From a virus (lineage: Duplodnaviria; Heunggongvirae; Uroviricota; Caudoviricetes), in IMG/VR virus record IMGVR_UViG_2740892015_000005, positions 1-44,032 of that record: 44,032 nt of DNA. One strand, 5' to 3'. Every line of letters starts with the position of its first letter. Within the stretch, counting starts at the first letter, position 1. This document shows, piece after piece, positions 18,440-27,976 of the stretch. The notes under the pieces were generated by a model. That model saw nothing but the letters and a program-made list of their open reading frames with translations. It was not told the DNA's origin and made no database searches. Position numbers and translations under genes: made by a program.

Positions 18440-18608
18440 TCCATCCCAATCTCTTCAATACCAGAAAGAAAGCGTCGAGCGAGCTTTAACGTGCGCTAAC
18501 TGCGGTCAGAAGCTGCATGTGCTGGAAGTTCACGTGTGTTCCGATTGCTGCGCAGAACTGATGAGCGATCCGAATAGCTCAATGTACGAGGAAGAAGACG
18601 ATGAGTGA
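18432..18608 (+). CDS. ninF: NinF
   Basis: [36 protein letters not shown]...ELMSDPNSSM matches my recollection of lambda NinF. Confidence 0.65.
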   Translation: MLSPSQSLQYQKESVERALTCANCGQKLHVLEVHVCSDCCAELMSDPNSSMYEEEDDE

Positions 18609-18813
18609 TTACCTGAAATGGTATCTCTGCCACCGCTGGTTAATTAAGTTTGCTGTAAAAGACTGGATGACAGCGGATGCCAACAAGCTTAAGCAAAGAA
18701 AGGACTATTACTACGCCAGAATGAAGGAAAACTACTGCTCAATTCGCACTCGCATATTTATTAAAAAAGACCTTCAGTCAATTCTTCAATTGCGAGGGAA
18801 GGTAAATGGCTAA
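18601..18813 (+). CDS. Hypothetical nin-region protein (70 aa)
   Basis: ORF overlapping its neighbours at both ends; no recognisable motifs. Confidence 0.4.
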   Translation: MSDYLKWYLCHRWLIKFAVKDWMTADANKLKQRKDYYYARMKENYCSIRTRIFIKKDLQSILQLRGKVNG

Positions 18814-19096
18814 CCTACGCAAAGAAGCACGCGGCAGAGAATGCCAGGTACGTATTTACGGCGTATGCAATGGCAATCCTGAAACTACAGTTCTGGCACA
18901 TTATCGGATGGCTGGAATTTGCGGAACTGGAATGAAGCCTGACGACCTGATCGGCGCATGGGCTTGTAGCGCGTGTCACGATGAAATCGACCGACGCACC
19001 CATAACCTCGACAACAAAGACGCCAGACTTTACCACCTGGAAGGCGTGATCAGGACGCAGGCGATACTGCTGAAGGAGGGGAAGATTAAGCCATGA
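18806..19096 (+). CDS. YbcO-like DUF1364 protein (putative nuclease)
   Basis: 96-aa cysteine/histidine-rich protein (CQVRIYGVC...CSACHDEID) immediately upstream of rusA, as ybcO is in DLP12. Confidence 0.6.
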   Translation: MANLRKEARGRECQVRIYGVCNGNPETTVLAHYRMAGICGTGMKPDDLIGAWACSACHDEIDRRTHNLDNKDARLYHLEGVIRTQAILLKEGKIKP

Positions 19097-19455
19097 ACGA
19101 ATATCAGTTTGTGCTTCCATACCCGCCGTCGGTGAACACCTACTGGCGAAGACGGGGAAGCCAATACTACATCAGCGATAAAGGCCAGAAATACCGAAAA
19201 GACGTTCAGCAAATCATCCGCCAACTTAAGTTAGACATTTTCACCAAATCACGACTCCGCATCAAAGTCATCGCAGACGTTCCAGACTCCCGCCGCCGCG
19301 ACCTCGACAACATCCTGAAAGGTTTACTCGACTCCCTTATCCACGCCGGATTTGCGGAAGACGACGAGCAATTCGATGACATTCGCGTAATTCGTGGTGT
19401 GAAAGTACCAGGCGGAAGGCTTGGAATAAAAATCACCGAACTGGAGAACGTATGA
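19093..19455 (+). CDS. rusA: RusA Holliday junction resolvase
   Basis: 120 aa; alignable with E. coli RusA (LPYPPSVNTYWRRRG..., DxxRRRDLDN motif, GGRLGIKITEL). Confidence 0.85.
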   Translation: MNEYQFVLPYPPSVNTYWRRRGSQYYISDKGQKYRKDVQQIIRQLKLDIFTKSRLRIKVIADVPDSRRRDLDNILKGLLDSLIHAGFAEDDEQFDDIRVIRGVKVPGGRLGIKITELENV

Positions 19456-19640
19456 ACGCCACAATTCAAACGATACCAGAGCTTCTTATCCAGACACGAG
19501 GCAATCAGACCGAAGTGGCGAGGATGCTTTCCTGCGCAAGAGGAACAGTGCTCAAGTACAACCGAGACAGCAAAGGCGAGCGTCACGTAATAGTTAACGG
19601 CGTCCTGATGGTCAAACAGGGCAAGAGGGGAAGACGATGA
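19452..19640 (+). CDS. ninH: NinH-like protein
   Basis: IPELLIQTRGNQTEVARMLSCARGTVLKY...VLMV resembles lambda NinH (IPDMLVEAYGNQTEVARRLKCSRGTVRKY). Confidence 0.65.
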   Translation: MNATIQTIPELLIQTRGNQTEVARMLSCARGTVLKYNRDSKGERHVIVNGVLMVKQGKRGRR

Positions 19641-20155
19641 GTATAAGAGAACTAAACCTCACCAAAGAACAGCACGATTGGCTGAATGGCTGGCTTGAAC
19701 TGTGGGGCGCATGGGTTTATTCAGGCCGCCTGGAAAAGCGCATGAGCAGCGTAATAGCGAAGTTCATGGAGAGCGTAGAGCCGGGAAGAGTTATGACAAG
19801 GCCAATGTGTAATGATGATGATGGAATGTTGATTTCTCAGGTCGTCGATTCCGTGATGTACATTGACAAGAAAGCCTTTGGCATCCTCCTCAGCTACTAC
19901 GCTCATGGTTCATCTAAGCGAGCAATTGCATCCTACTATCACGCGACTGCAAAGCCACGCAAGATGTGTGGGCGTGGTGGCGAGGGATGGAGAAAACCTT
20001 CACTGGCAACCTGTAGAAACGAAATTGACGATATCCTGAAAGCGTCATTATTTGTTTTGTACCAACCAATGCAAAATGCTTTCAAAATGCGTAAACGTGT
20101 TGAGAAAGTTAAGCATGTTGCTGTTAAAAGCCTTGACATGCAATTAGCCATTTAG
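19637..20155 (+). CDS. Q: Late antitermination protein Q (phage 82 type)
   Basis: Position immediately upstream of the PR'/tR' elements and the lysis cassette. N-terminal LELWGAWV-type motif and cysteine cluster as in Q proteins I recall. Confidence 0.65.
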   Translation: MSIRELNLTKEQHDWLNGWLELWGAWVYSGRLEKRMSSVIAKFMESVEPGRVMTRPMCNDDDGMLISQVVDSVMYIDKKAFGILLSYYAHGSSKRAIASYYHATAKPRKMCGRGGEGWRKPSLATCRNEIDDILKASLFVLYQPMQNAFKMRKRVEKVKHVAVKSLDMQLAI

Positions 20156-20162
20156 CCATAAT
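20133..20162 (+). promoter_or_regulatory. Putative late promoter PR'
   Basis: TTGACA, 17-18-nt spacer, CATAAT overlapping the Q stop codon; about 50 nt upstream of the tR' hairpin. Confidence 0.45.
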
Positions 20163-20202
20163 ATTCACATATGCTGCTGCTTTTGTATTCAGCAACCATC
20201 AC

Positions 20203-20228
20203 AAGCCCACCTCCTGTGGGCTTTTTTG
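20203..20228 (+). terminator. tR'-like terminator (Q antitermination target)
   Basis: AAGCCCAC-CTCCT-GTGGGCTT hairpin followed by TTTTTT, directly downstream of PR'. Confidence 0.6.
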
Positions 20229-20349
20229 CATTCGCGTGCAATCAAAACAAGAGTCTTAGTGATATGGGCCTGAGATATGGTGGTGGAAACATCGCTCCGC
20301 TCTTGGCTGTCATATCTACGCGAACAGGCTCTATCCCTAAGGTAAAGCG

Positions 20350-20862
20350 ATGAAAGAAATAAAATTAACGCCAGAAATGGTGCTTTCTGTTGTTGATTAC
20401 AATCCATCATCAGGCGACTTTCACTGGAGATGGAGGCAGGGGAGAGAGAGGACCACTTTGACATGGAACTCTCGTTTTGCTTTCAAGAAATGCTCATCAA
20501 TAAATTCTGATGGGTATTTAATGATTATGATTAATGGTAAAGCATACCCTGCTCACAGACTGGCATGGTTGATTGTTTATGGCACCATGCCCGATGGTTT
20601 TATTGATCACATCAACAGGGTAAGAACAGATAACCGGATATCAAATCTTCGTCTTGTCACTCATTCCGAAAATATGCAAAACAGGAAAATTCAGAAGAAT
20701 AATAAATCTGGATACCGTGGCGTGTCTTGGGATGCTAAGTACGGGAAATGGAGAGCAAGAATTAATGCGTCTGGAAAGTGTATTAACCTTGGATACCATG
20801 ACACTGCCGAACTTGCCGCTGCGGCTTTTGAGGCAGCCAGAATGAAATATCATACCGTTTAA
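20350..20862 (+). CDS. HNH homing endonuclease (HNH plus AP2-like domain) in the late leader
   Basis: AHRLAWLIVYG...IDHINRVRTDNRISNLRLVT (HNH) and GYRGVSWDAKYGKWRARI (AP2-like). Paralogous to the ORF at 15941..16552; AT-rich. Confidence 0.8.
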   Translation: MKEIKLTPEMVLSVVDYNPSSGDFHWRWRQGRERTTLTWNSRFAFKKCSSINSDGYLMIMINGKAYPAHRLAWLIVYGTMPDGFIDHINRVRTDNRISNLRLVTHSENMQNRKIQKNNKSGYRGVSWDAKYGKWRARINASGKCINLGYHDTAELAAAAFEAARMKYHTV

Positions 20863-21429
20863 AGATGTAAGCTGCCGTTAGTGACTCTTAAGTTGCAACG
20901 GTGGCTTTTTTGTTTGCACAACAGGTAAGAGCATTGAACCCGCAGACCTCGCGGAATTGGTGAAAGGTGCCGCGCAGTACTCTTATCGTTGTGGTGAATA
21001 CGCAGGCTGATGCGTTAATCAGGTGAACGAGACACCCGCCGGTCCGTGATATGGCACACCGTGCCGGTCATATCTGCCGCGGTTAGGTTTACGAGGATTT
21101 CGTAAAGCTGGTCTAGGGTGAAGCCGTGAAAGCGGAGGAAGTAAAACGAGGCGTCGGTACACGCCTATCGTCATTAAGTCGGAGTTCAGCACCGACCGCC
21201 ACAACCCAAACTGAGCCGTAGCCACTGGCTGTCCTGAATTCATCAGTGATAGTTATGCTGCGGCCTTCTACACATGACCTTCGTGAAAGCGGGTGGCATG
21301 AGGTTGCGCTAACAACCTCATGCCGTTTTGCCCGTGCATATCGGTCACGAACAAATCTGATTACTAAACACAGTAGCCTGGATTTGTTCTATCAGTAATC
21401 GACCTTATTCCTAATTAAATAGAGCAAAT

Positions 21430-21443
21430 CCCCTTATTGGGGG
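21430..21443 (+). promoter_or_regulatory. Stem-loop overlapping the S ribosome-binding site (sdi-like translational control element)
   Basis: CCCC-TTATT-GGGG hairpin immediately 5' of the tandem starts ATGAAGATG of S, as in lambda S107/S105 dual-start regulation. Confidence 0.45.
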
Positions 21444-21449
21444 TAAGAC

Positions 21450-21773
21450 ATGAAGATGCCAGAAAAACATGACCTGTTAGCCGCCATTCTCGCGGCAAAG
21501 GAACAAGGCATCGGAGCAATCCTTGCGTTTGCAATGGCGTACCTTCGCGGCAGATATAATGGCGGTGCGTTTACAAAAACAGTAATCGACGCAACGATGT
21601 GCGCCATTATCGCCTGGTTCATTCGTGACCTTCTCGACTTCGCCGGACTAAGTAGCAATCTCGCTTATATAACGAGCGTGTTCATCGGCTACATCGGTAC
21701 TGACTCGATTGGTTCGCTTATCAAACGCTTCGCTGCTAAAAAAGCCGGAGTAGAAGATGGTGGAAATCAATAA
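21450..21773 (+). CDS. S: Holin S (class I, dual start)
   Basis: Sequence [62 protein letters not shown]... is essentially lambda S as I recall it. Confidence 0.9.
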   Translation: MKMPEKHDLLAAILAAKEQGIGAILAFAMAYLRGRYNGGAFTKTVIDATMCAIIAWFIRDLLDFAGLSSNLAYITSVFIGYIGTDSIGSLIKRFAAKKAGVEDGGNQ

Positions 21774-22233
21774 TCAACGTAAGGCGTTCCTCGATATGCT
21801 GGCGTGGTCAGAGGGAACAGATAACGGACGACAGAAAACCAGAAATCATGGTTATGACGTCATTGTTGGCGGAGAGCTATTCACTGATTACTCCGATCAC
21901 CCTCGCAAAGTTGTCACGCTAAACCCCAAACTCAAATCAACAGCGGCCGGACGTTACCAGCTTCTTTCCCGTTGGTGGGATGCCTATCGTAAGCAGCTTG
22001 GCCTGAAAGATTTCTCTCCGAAAAGCCAGGACGCTGTGGCATTGCAACAGATTAAGGAACGTGGCGCTTTACCGATGATTGACCGCGGTGATATTCGTCA
22101 GGCAATCGACCGTTGCAGCAATATCTGGGCTTCACTGCCGGGCGCTGGTTATGGTCAGTTCGAGCATAAGGCTGACAGCCTGATTGCAAAATTCAAAGAA
22201 GCAGGCGGAACGGTCAGAGAGATTGAGGTATGA
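21757..22233 (+). CDS. R: Endolysin R (lytic transglycosylase)
   Basis: [51 protein letters not shown]... is essentially lambda R as I recall it. Confidence 0.9.
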   Translation: MVEINNQRKAFLDMLAWSEGTDNGRQKTRNHGYDVIVGGELFTDYSDHPRKVVTLNPKLKSTAAGRYQLLSRWWDAYRKQLGLKDFSPKSQDAVALQQIKERGALPMIDRGDIRQAIDRCSNIWASLPGAGYGQFEHKADSLIAKFKEAGGTVREIEV

Positions 22234-22667
22234 GCAGAGTAACCGCGATTATCTCCGCTCTGGTTATCTGCATCATCGTCTGCCTGTCATGGGCTGTTAA
22301 TCATTACCGTGATAACGCCATGACCTACAAAGAGCAGCGCGATAAAGCCACATCCATCATCGCTGACATGCAGAAGCGTCAACGTGATGTAGCAGAACTC
22401 GACGCCAGATACACAAAGGAGCTTGCTGATGCTAACGCGACTATCGAAAGTCTCCGTGCTGATGTTTCTGCTGGGCGTAAGCGCCTGCAAGTCGCCGCCA
22501 CCTGTGCAAAGTCAACGACCGGAGCCAGCGGCATGGGCGATGGAGAAAGCCCAGGACTTACAGCAGATGCTGAACTCAATTATTACCGTCTCCGAAGCGG
22601 AATCGACAGGATAACCGCGCAGGTTAACTACCTGCAGGAATACATCAGGACGCAATGCCTTCGATGA
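22230..22667 (+). CDS. Rz: Spanin inner-membrane subunit Rz
   Basis: N-terminal transmembrane helix ([18 protein letters not shown]) plus coiled coil; position after R. Confidence 0.8.
   Translation: MSRVTAIISALVICIIVCLSWAVNHYRDNAMTYKEQRDKATSIIADMQKRQRDVAELDARYTKELADANATIESLRADVSAGRKRLQVAATCAKSTTGASGMGDGESPGLTADAELNYYRLRSGIDRITAQVNYLQEYIRTQCLR
22423..22614 (+). CDS. Rz1: Spanin outer-membrane lipoprotein Rz1 (embedded in Rz, +1 frame)
   Basis: Signal peptide with lipobox VSAC and a proline-rich mature region ([16 protein letters not shown]), wholly within Rz. The exact start is uncertain. Confidence 0.6.
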   Translation: MLMLTRLSKVSVLMFLLGVSACKSPPPVQSQRPEPAAWAMEKAQDLQQMLNSIITVSEAESTG

Positions 22668-22821
22668 TAGCGATAATTTTACTCATCATCCTTCACATCT
22701 GGCTCTGTAGACAGGGTGGTGATCACTTCTGGAGTAAATCCAGATTAAACATCTCATTGCTGATGCTTGATATTGAGCATCTGGCGCGCTGTAAGGGGCT
22801 GCGTTGAGATAAGAGCCAGTT

Positions 22822-22863
22822 CATTACAAAGCCCATCTACGGGTGGGCTTGATAATGAAACCG
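22822..22863. repeat. Hairpin-containing repeat element, copy A (TTACAAA-stem-loop-TTGATAATG)
   Basis: TTACAAAGCCCA-tctacggg-TGGGCTTGATAATG; a second copy lies at 23484..23528. Confidence 0.4.
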
Positions 22864-23104
22864 TGATTTACATCCCTCACAATCCAGGTATGTAAAAGCT
22901 GGATCATGCGAGAACGGATTTAACTAAATCTGTGCACCACCAGTTACGGCAGTACAGCGAAACAACCCAAGCCAGTAAGTGGGGAAATAACACTGGCAGC
23001 CACTGAAAGATGAACCTCCTGCCTTATGGCAAAAAAGATTCTTTGTGGTGGCGGACTGATGGAAAGACATCCTAATCAAGCAACCACTCCACAGGGTCAT
23101 AATT

Positions 23105-23485
23105 ATGAACGACCAGCAAATCGAAAAAGAAATCGTTGAGAAAGGCAAAACGGCACCGCGAATCACCCCGCAGCACATCGAAGACGTGATTAAAAGCGAG
23201 CATTACTTTACTGCTTATGATGGACGTAATGGTGCCATTTCCAGCAACGAATATTGTGGCAGAGAAAAACCAGAAGAAGGCGATCGTGATTTATCACCAT
23301 TGAAGTTGCTCACTTTCTGCGTACTGGTGCTGAAGAATGGCTTCACCGTCACCGGAGAGAGCGCCTGTGCAAGCCCGGAAAACTTTGATGCAGAAATTGG
23401 TCGGAAGATTGCCCGGCAGAATGCTGTAAACAAAATCTGGATGCTCGAAGGTTACTTGCTGAAGCAGAAGCTAAGCGAACAGTAG
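23105..23485 (+). CDS. Hypothetical phage protein (126 aa) between lysis and packaging genes
   Basis: ORF bracketed by the two hairpin repeat copies. Any family assignment (for example N15 Gp49-like) would be speculative. Confidence 0.45.
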   Translation: MNDQQIEKEIVEKGKTAPRITPQHIEDVIKSEHYFTAYDGRNGAISSNEYCGREKPEEGDRDLSPLKLLTFCVLVLKNGFTVTGESACASPENFDAEIGRKIARQNAVNKIWMLEGYLLKQKLSEQ

Positions 23486-23528
23486 TTATTACAAAAGCCA
23501 TTCCCTACAGAGTGGCTTTGATAATGGC
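23484..23528. repeat. Hairpin-containing repeat element, copy B
   Basis: TTACAAAAGCCA-ttccctacagag-TGGCTTTGATAATG, starting at the stop codon of the 126-aa gene. Confidence 0.4.
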
Positions 23529-23588
23529 TTATACCCTACACGGGATAACTTAACTGATATCCCTTTTAACGGATAAACGGAGCCAATA

Positions 23589-23831
23589 ATGGCAGAGATT
23601 ATTCCCATGACTGAAGAACAGAAATTCCAGTTAGAGATTTACAAGCTGGTCATGAACCAGAACGCAGCCGCAGAAGAAGCATTTCAGTTCATTGGCACTG
23701 ACGAGCTGAGGCTTGAGCTATTCAAAATTCACTTCCAGTCAGGTGGCGCTAATTCGGATATCACGATCCGCACATTTGAAGCGGTGCGTAAATCGAAGGA
23801 AGCGTTAGACCTGTTCACTACCGGAGCATAA
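23589..23831 (+). CDS. Hypothetical protein (80 aa) upstream of terminase small subunit
   Basis: ATG preceded by GGAG; stop is adjacent to the TerS start. Confidence 0.4.
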   Translation: MAEIIPMTEEQKFQLEIYKLVMNQNAAAEEAFQFIGTDELRLELFKIHFQSGGANSDITIRTFEAVRKSKEALDLFTTGA

Positions 23832-23833
23832 AC

Positions 23834-24274
23834 ATGGCGCGCCCAACAAAGTATCAAGAGGCGTACGCCGAACAGGCACGCAAACTGTGCTTGCTGGGCT
23901 ACACCGATGCAGAGCTTGCTGATTTCTTCGAAGTTAGTGAGTCAACTATTAACAAGTGGAAGCTTGATTATCCTAAGTTTTCGGAGTCCATAAAAAAGGG
24001 TAAGGCCGTCGCTGATGCAGAAGTTAGTGATCGTCTTTATCAACGCGCTATGGGCTTCGTGGCTCCAGACATCGATATTCGTGTTATTGAAAACAGAATT
24101 GTCGAAACTCCGCTTGAGAAGTATTACCCGCCTGATACAACCGCCGCCATCTTCTGGCTTAAGAACCGACAGAAGGATAAATGGCGCGACAAGGTTGATC
24201 ACGAGCTAACAGGCAAAGACGGCGGCGCAATCCAGATTGAAACATCACCGATGAGCAATCTATTCGGAAAATGA
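23834..24274 (+). CDS. Terminase small subunit
   Basis: N-terminal HTH-like region (LGYTDAELADFFEVSESTINKWK) and position directly upstream of, and overlapping, the large terminase gene. Confidence 0.7.
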   Translation: MARPTKYQEAYAEQARKLCLLGYTDAELADFFEVSESTINKWKLDYPKFSESIKKGKAVADAEVSDRLYQRAMGFVAPDIDIRVIENRIVETPLEKYYPPDTTAAIFWLKNRQKDKWRDKVDHELTGKDGGAIQIETSPMSNLFGK

Positions 24275-25686
24275 CCTCGATTAATCCTATCTTTGAACCG
24301 TTCATTGAGGCGCATCGCTACAAAGTCGCCAAAGGCGGTCGAGGTAGCGGTAAGTCATGGGCAATTGCGAGGCTTCTTGTTGAAGCGGCGCGTCGGCAGC
24401 CTGTGCGTATTCTCTGCGCTCGTGAACTGCAAAACAGTATCAGCGATTCAGTAATCCGGTTGCTTGAAGACACCATAGAGCGGGAGGGGTATTCGGCTGA
24501 GTTTGAAATTCAGCGTTCCATGATTCGTCATCTCGGAACGAATGCTGAGTTCATGTTCTACGGCATCAAAAACAACCCGACGAAGATTAAATCGCTCGAA
24601 GGCATTGATATCTGCTGGGTGGAAGAAGCGGAAGCGGTAACAAAGGAATCGTGGGATATCCTGATACCAACCATCCGCAAGCCGTTCTCTGAAATATGGG
24701 TGAGCTTTAACCCGAAGAACATCCTCGACGATACCTATCAGCGATTCGTTGTAAATCCTCCCGATGATATTTGCCTGCTGACGGTGAACTACACCGACAA
24801 CCCGCATTTTCCTGAAGTTCTCTGTCTGGAGATGGAAGAGTGCAAACGCAGAAATCCGACACTGTATCGTCACATCTGGCTTGGTGAGCCGGTAAGCGCA
24901 AGTGATATGGCAATCATCAAACGTGAATGGCTTGAAGCTGCTACCGATGCGCACAAGAAACTCGGATGGAAAGCGAAAGGCGCTGTTGTCTCTGCGCATG
25001 ACCCATCAGATACAGGGCCAGATGCTAAAGGTTATGCATCGCGTCACGGTTCGGTGGTTAAGCGCATTGCCGAAGGTCTACTGATGGACATCAACGAGGG
25101 TGCTGACTGGGCTACTTCTCTGGCGATTGAAGACGGCGCTGACCACTACCTGTGGGATGGCGATGGCGTTGGTGCCGGGCTACGCAGACAGACAACGGAA
25201 GCATTCTCCGGTAAGAAAATCACCGCCACGATGTTTAAGGGCAGCGAATCGCCGTTCGATGAAGATGCACCGTATCAGGCCGGAGCATGGGCTGATGAAG
25301 TCGTGCAGGGCGACAACGTTCGCACTATTGGCGATGTGTTCCGCAATAAGCGAGCGCAATTCTATTACGCGCTGGCTGACAGGTTGTATCTGACATATCG
25401 GGCGGTTGTCCACGGTGAGTATGCAGACCCCGACGACATGCTGAGCTTCGACAAAGAAGCGATAGGCGAGAAGATGCTGGAGAAGCTGTTTGCAGAACTG
25501 ACGCAGATTCAGCGCAAATTCAATAACAACGGGAAGCTGGAGCTAATGACTAAGGTCGAAATGAAGCAGAAGCTCGGTATTCCATCTCCTAACCTGGCTG
25601 ATGCGTTGATGATGTGTATGCATTGCCCGGAGTCGGTTGCGCAACCAGACTATTCCAGTTACTCAATTCCTTGTGGTGTAGGTTGA
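24271..25686 (+). CDS. Terminase large subunit (ATPase/nuclease)
   Basis: Walker A KGGRGSGKSWA, Walker B-like ICWVEEAEA and a C-terminal nuclease-like domain. The 471-aa size is similar to Sf6-type TerL. Confidence 0.9.
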   Translation: MTSINPIFEPFIEAHRYKVAKGGRGSGKSWAIARLLVEAARRQPVRILCARELQNSISDSVIRLLEDTIEREGYSAEFEIQRSMIRHLGTNAEFMFYGIKNNPTKIKSLEGIDICWVEEAEAVTKESWDILIPTIRKPFSEIWVSFNPKNILDDTYQRFVVNPPDDICLLTVNYTDNPHFPEVLCLEMEECKRRNPTLYRHIWLGEPVSASDMAIIKREWLEAATDAHKKLGWKAKGAVVSAHDPSDTGPDAKGYASRHGSVVKRIAEGLLMDINEGADWATSLAIEDGADHYLWDGDGVGAGLRRQTTEAFSGKKITATMFKGSESPFDEDAPYQAGAWADEVVQGDNVRTIGDVFRNKRAQFYYALADRLYLTYRAVVHGEYADPDDMLSFDKEAIGEKMLEKLFAELTQIQRKFNNNGKLELMTKVEMKQKLGIPSPNLADALMMCMHCPESVAQPDYSSYSIPCGVG

Positions 25687-25687
25687 T

Positions 25688-27886
25688 ATGGCAGAAAAAA
25701 AGATGACTGACTGGCATCGCAAGGTGCTGTGCAACTTTGATAATGCCTGGTCAGCAACGCAGGATATGCGTGAGCAGATTATTGAGGCTCAACGTTTCGT
25801 CCGGGTATCCGGCGCACAGTGGGAAGGCAGCACAAACGCTGGTTACTCATTTGATGAAGGCAGGTTTGAGCATTATCCGCGCTTTGAACTGAATAAGATT
25901 GCCCGTGAATGTGATCGCATCATTGGCGAGTATCGACAGAATCGCATAAGCGTTAAATTCAGGCCGAAGGACGATAAGGCATCGGAAGCGTTAGCCGAAA
26001 AGATGAACGGCAAATTCCGCGCTGACTATCAGGAAACATCCGGTGGCGAAGCGTGTGATAACGCATTTGATGATGCTGTAACGGGCGGATTCGGTTGTTT
26101 CCGCATGTGTGCCGATTACGAAGATGAAATGGACCCAAGTAACGAGCAGCGACGCATCAGCCTTCTTCCTGTTTACGACCCAGCGACATGCGTTTTCTTC
26201 GATCAGGACAGCAAGCAATATGACCGCTCTGATGCTATGTGGGCTATGGAAATGTTCTCCATGACGCCTAAAGCGTTCGAGGCTGAATACCCTGATTCCA
26301 TCGCGGCAAGCCTTTCTCGTGATGACACTGGTACTCAGTATGACTGGTCAACGCCCGATGCCATCTATGTTGGACGCTACTACGAAGTTCGCATAGAGAA
26401 GGTGAAGCTCACGGCGTGGCGCAACCCTGTTAGCGGAGAAACGGCAATTTATGATGAAGAGCAAATCAAAGATATTGTCGACGAGCTGACCGATGGTGCA
26501 TTCGAACTGATTGGCGAGCGAACGGTGAAGAAGCGCCGCGTTTATTGCGGTCTTCTGTCTGGCGCTGAATGGCTGGAAGAACCGAAGCGTATTCCGGGCG
26601 AACATATTCCTCTCATCCCGGTATATGGGCGTCGATCATTTGTTGATAATCAGGAGCGAATCGAAGGTCACGCAGCAAAAGCGATGGATGCACAGCGTCT
26701 TGAGAACCTGATGGTTTCCATGATTGCAGATAACGCTACTCAGGCTGGCGGTGATGGCATTCCTATCGTGGATGTTGATTTCATTCCCGGTCCATTAATG
26801 AATTACTGGGCAGAGAGGAATAAGAAAAGACCTGCAGTTCTTCCCATGACCAGCAAGAAGGACAAAAACGGAACGGTCATTTCAGAGGCTCAGGTTGCTG
26901 GCTGGACACCTCCGACACAAATGCCTCCAGCTCTTGCCGGGCTATTGCAGTACACCGGAACGGCTATTCAGCAAATTACAGGTGCGTCGCAGCTTGAGAA
27001 CATGCCGAGCAACGTCGCCACCGATACCGTTGATAGCATTTTTAACCGGATGGACACGCAGTCCTATATCTACATGGACAACATGGCTAAATCCATGCGT
27101 CGCGCTGGCGTTGTGTGGCTTTCTATGGCGCGTGAGGTCTATGGCAGTGATACGCCGATGCGTATCGTTAATGAGGACGGCAGCGATGACGTGGCGCTAA
27201 TGACTGGTGAAGTGGTTGACCGTCAGACAGGGCAGGTTATCGCGCTTAACGACCTTTCGCAGGGTAACTATGAAGTGACTGTCGATGTTGGTCAGTCGTT
27301 CGCTACTCGCCGTGATGCAACGGTTAAGTCGTTACTTTCCATGCTGGCACTTATCCCGCCCGGAACGCCGAAACACGACCTTGTATCGTCGATGATCCTC
27401 GACAATATGGACGGCGAAGGGATGGACGACCTTAAAGAATACAACCGCAATCAGTTGCTTCTGTCTGGCGTTATCAAGCCGAGAACGCCTGAAGAACAGC
27501 AGATGGTTGAACAGGCGAAACAACAACAGGCCAGTCAGCCAGATCCGGCTATGGTTGCTGCGCAAGGTCAGCTTCTTGCTGGTCAGGCTGAATTGCAGAA
27601 AGCGCAGAACGAGCAGGCAGCCATTCAGGTTAAAGCATTCCAGGCACAGACTGATGCTCAGGTTGCAGCGGCAAACGTTGTGAAAATCCTCGCATCTGCC
27701 GATAGCCAGCAGAAATCTGATATCCGCGAGGCTCTGAAACTGCTCGGACAGTTCCAGCAACAGCAAGGAGACAATGCCCGTGCTGATGCAGAGCTTGTCC
27801 TGAAAAGTCAGGCACAGGGCCATGCGCAGCGCATGGACATCAGCAGCATCCTGCAAAAATCAACTCAGCAACAACCACAGCAGTAA
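25688..27886 (+). CDS. Portal protein (P22 gp1-like)
   Basis: Segments alignable with P22 portal (GEHIPLIPVYG versus GEHIPIVPVFG; PEEQQMVEQAKQ...DPAMVAAQGQLLAGQAELQKAQN versus [41 protein letters not shown]); C-terminal glutamine-rich barrel region. Confidence 0.9.
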   Translation: MAEKKMTDWHRKVLCNFDNAWSATQDMREQIIEAQRFVRVSGAQWEGSTNAGYSFDEGRFEHYPRFELNKIARECDRIIGEYRQNRISVKFRPKDDKASEALAEKMNGKFRADYQETSGGEACDNAFDDAVTGGFGCFRMCADYEDEMDPSNEQRRISLLPVYDPATCVFFDQDSKQYDRSDAMWAMEMFSMTPKAFEAEYPDSIAASLSRDDTGTQYDWSTPDAIYVGRYYEVRIEKVKLTAWRNPVSGETAIYDEEQIKDIVDELTDGAFELIGERTVKKRRVYCGLLSGAEWLEEPKRIPGEHIPLIPVYGRRSFVDNQERIEGHAAKAMDAQRLENLMVSMIADNATQAGGDGIPIVDVDFIPGPLMNYWAERNKKRPAVLPMTSKKDKNGTVISEAQVAGWTPPTQMPPALAGLLQYTGTAIQQITGASQLENMPSNVATDTVDSIFNRMDTQSYIYMDNMAKSMRRAGVVWLSMAREVYGSDTPMRIVNEDGSDDVALMTGEVVDRQTGQVIALNDLSQGNYEVTVDVGQSFATRRDATVKSLLSMLALIPPGTPKHDLVSSMILDNMDGEGMDDLKEYNRNQLLLSGVIKPRTPEEQQMVEQAKQQQASQPDPAMVAAQGQLLAGQAELQKAQNEQAAIQVKAFQAQTDAQVAAANVVKILASADSQQKSDIREALKLLGQFQQQQGDNARADAELVLKSQAQGHAQRMDISSILQKSTQQQPQQ

Positions 27887-27976
27887 TTAACCCATAACGT
27901 GCAATGGCTGTCTTTATGAGGCCTGGCACCCTATTGCCTTCCGATGGGCTGAACATCGAGTAAACAGGGGTAACAA

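Noticed and set aside
21019-21243. 74-aa minus-strand ORF in the late leader
   Set aside because: No ribosome-binding site, antisense to the late transcript, and within a region better explained as structured non-coding leader.
22924-23178. 84-aa minus-strand ORF after Rz, considered as a Bor-like lipoprotein
   Set aside because: The sequence does not resemble lambda Bor, has no signal peptide or lipobox, and overlaps the start of the plus-strand 126-aa gene.
24448-25413. Minus-strand ORFs (68 to 183 aa) within the large terminase gene
   Set aside because: Antisense to a gene with clear Walker motifs; no independent support.
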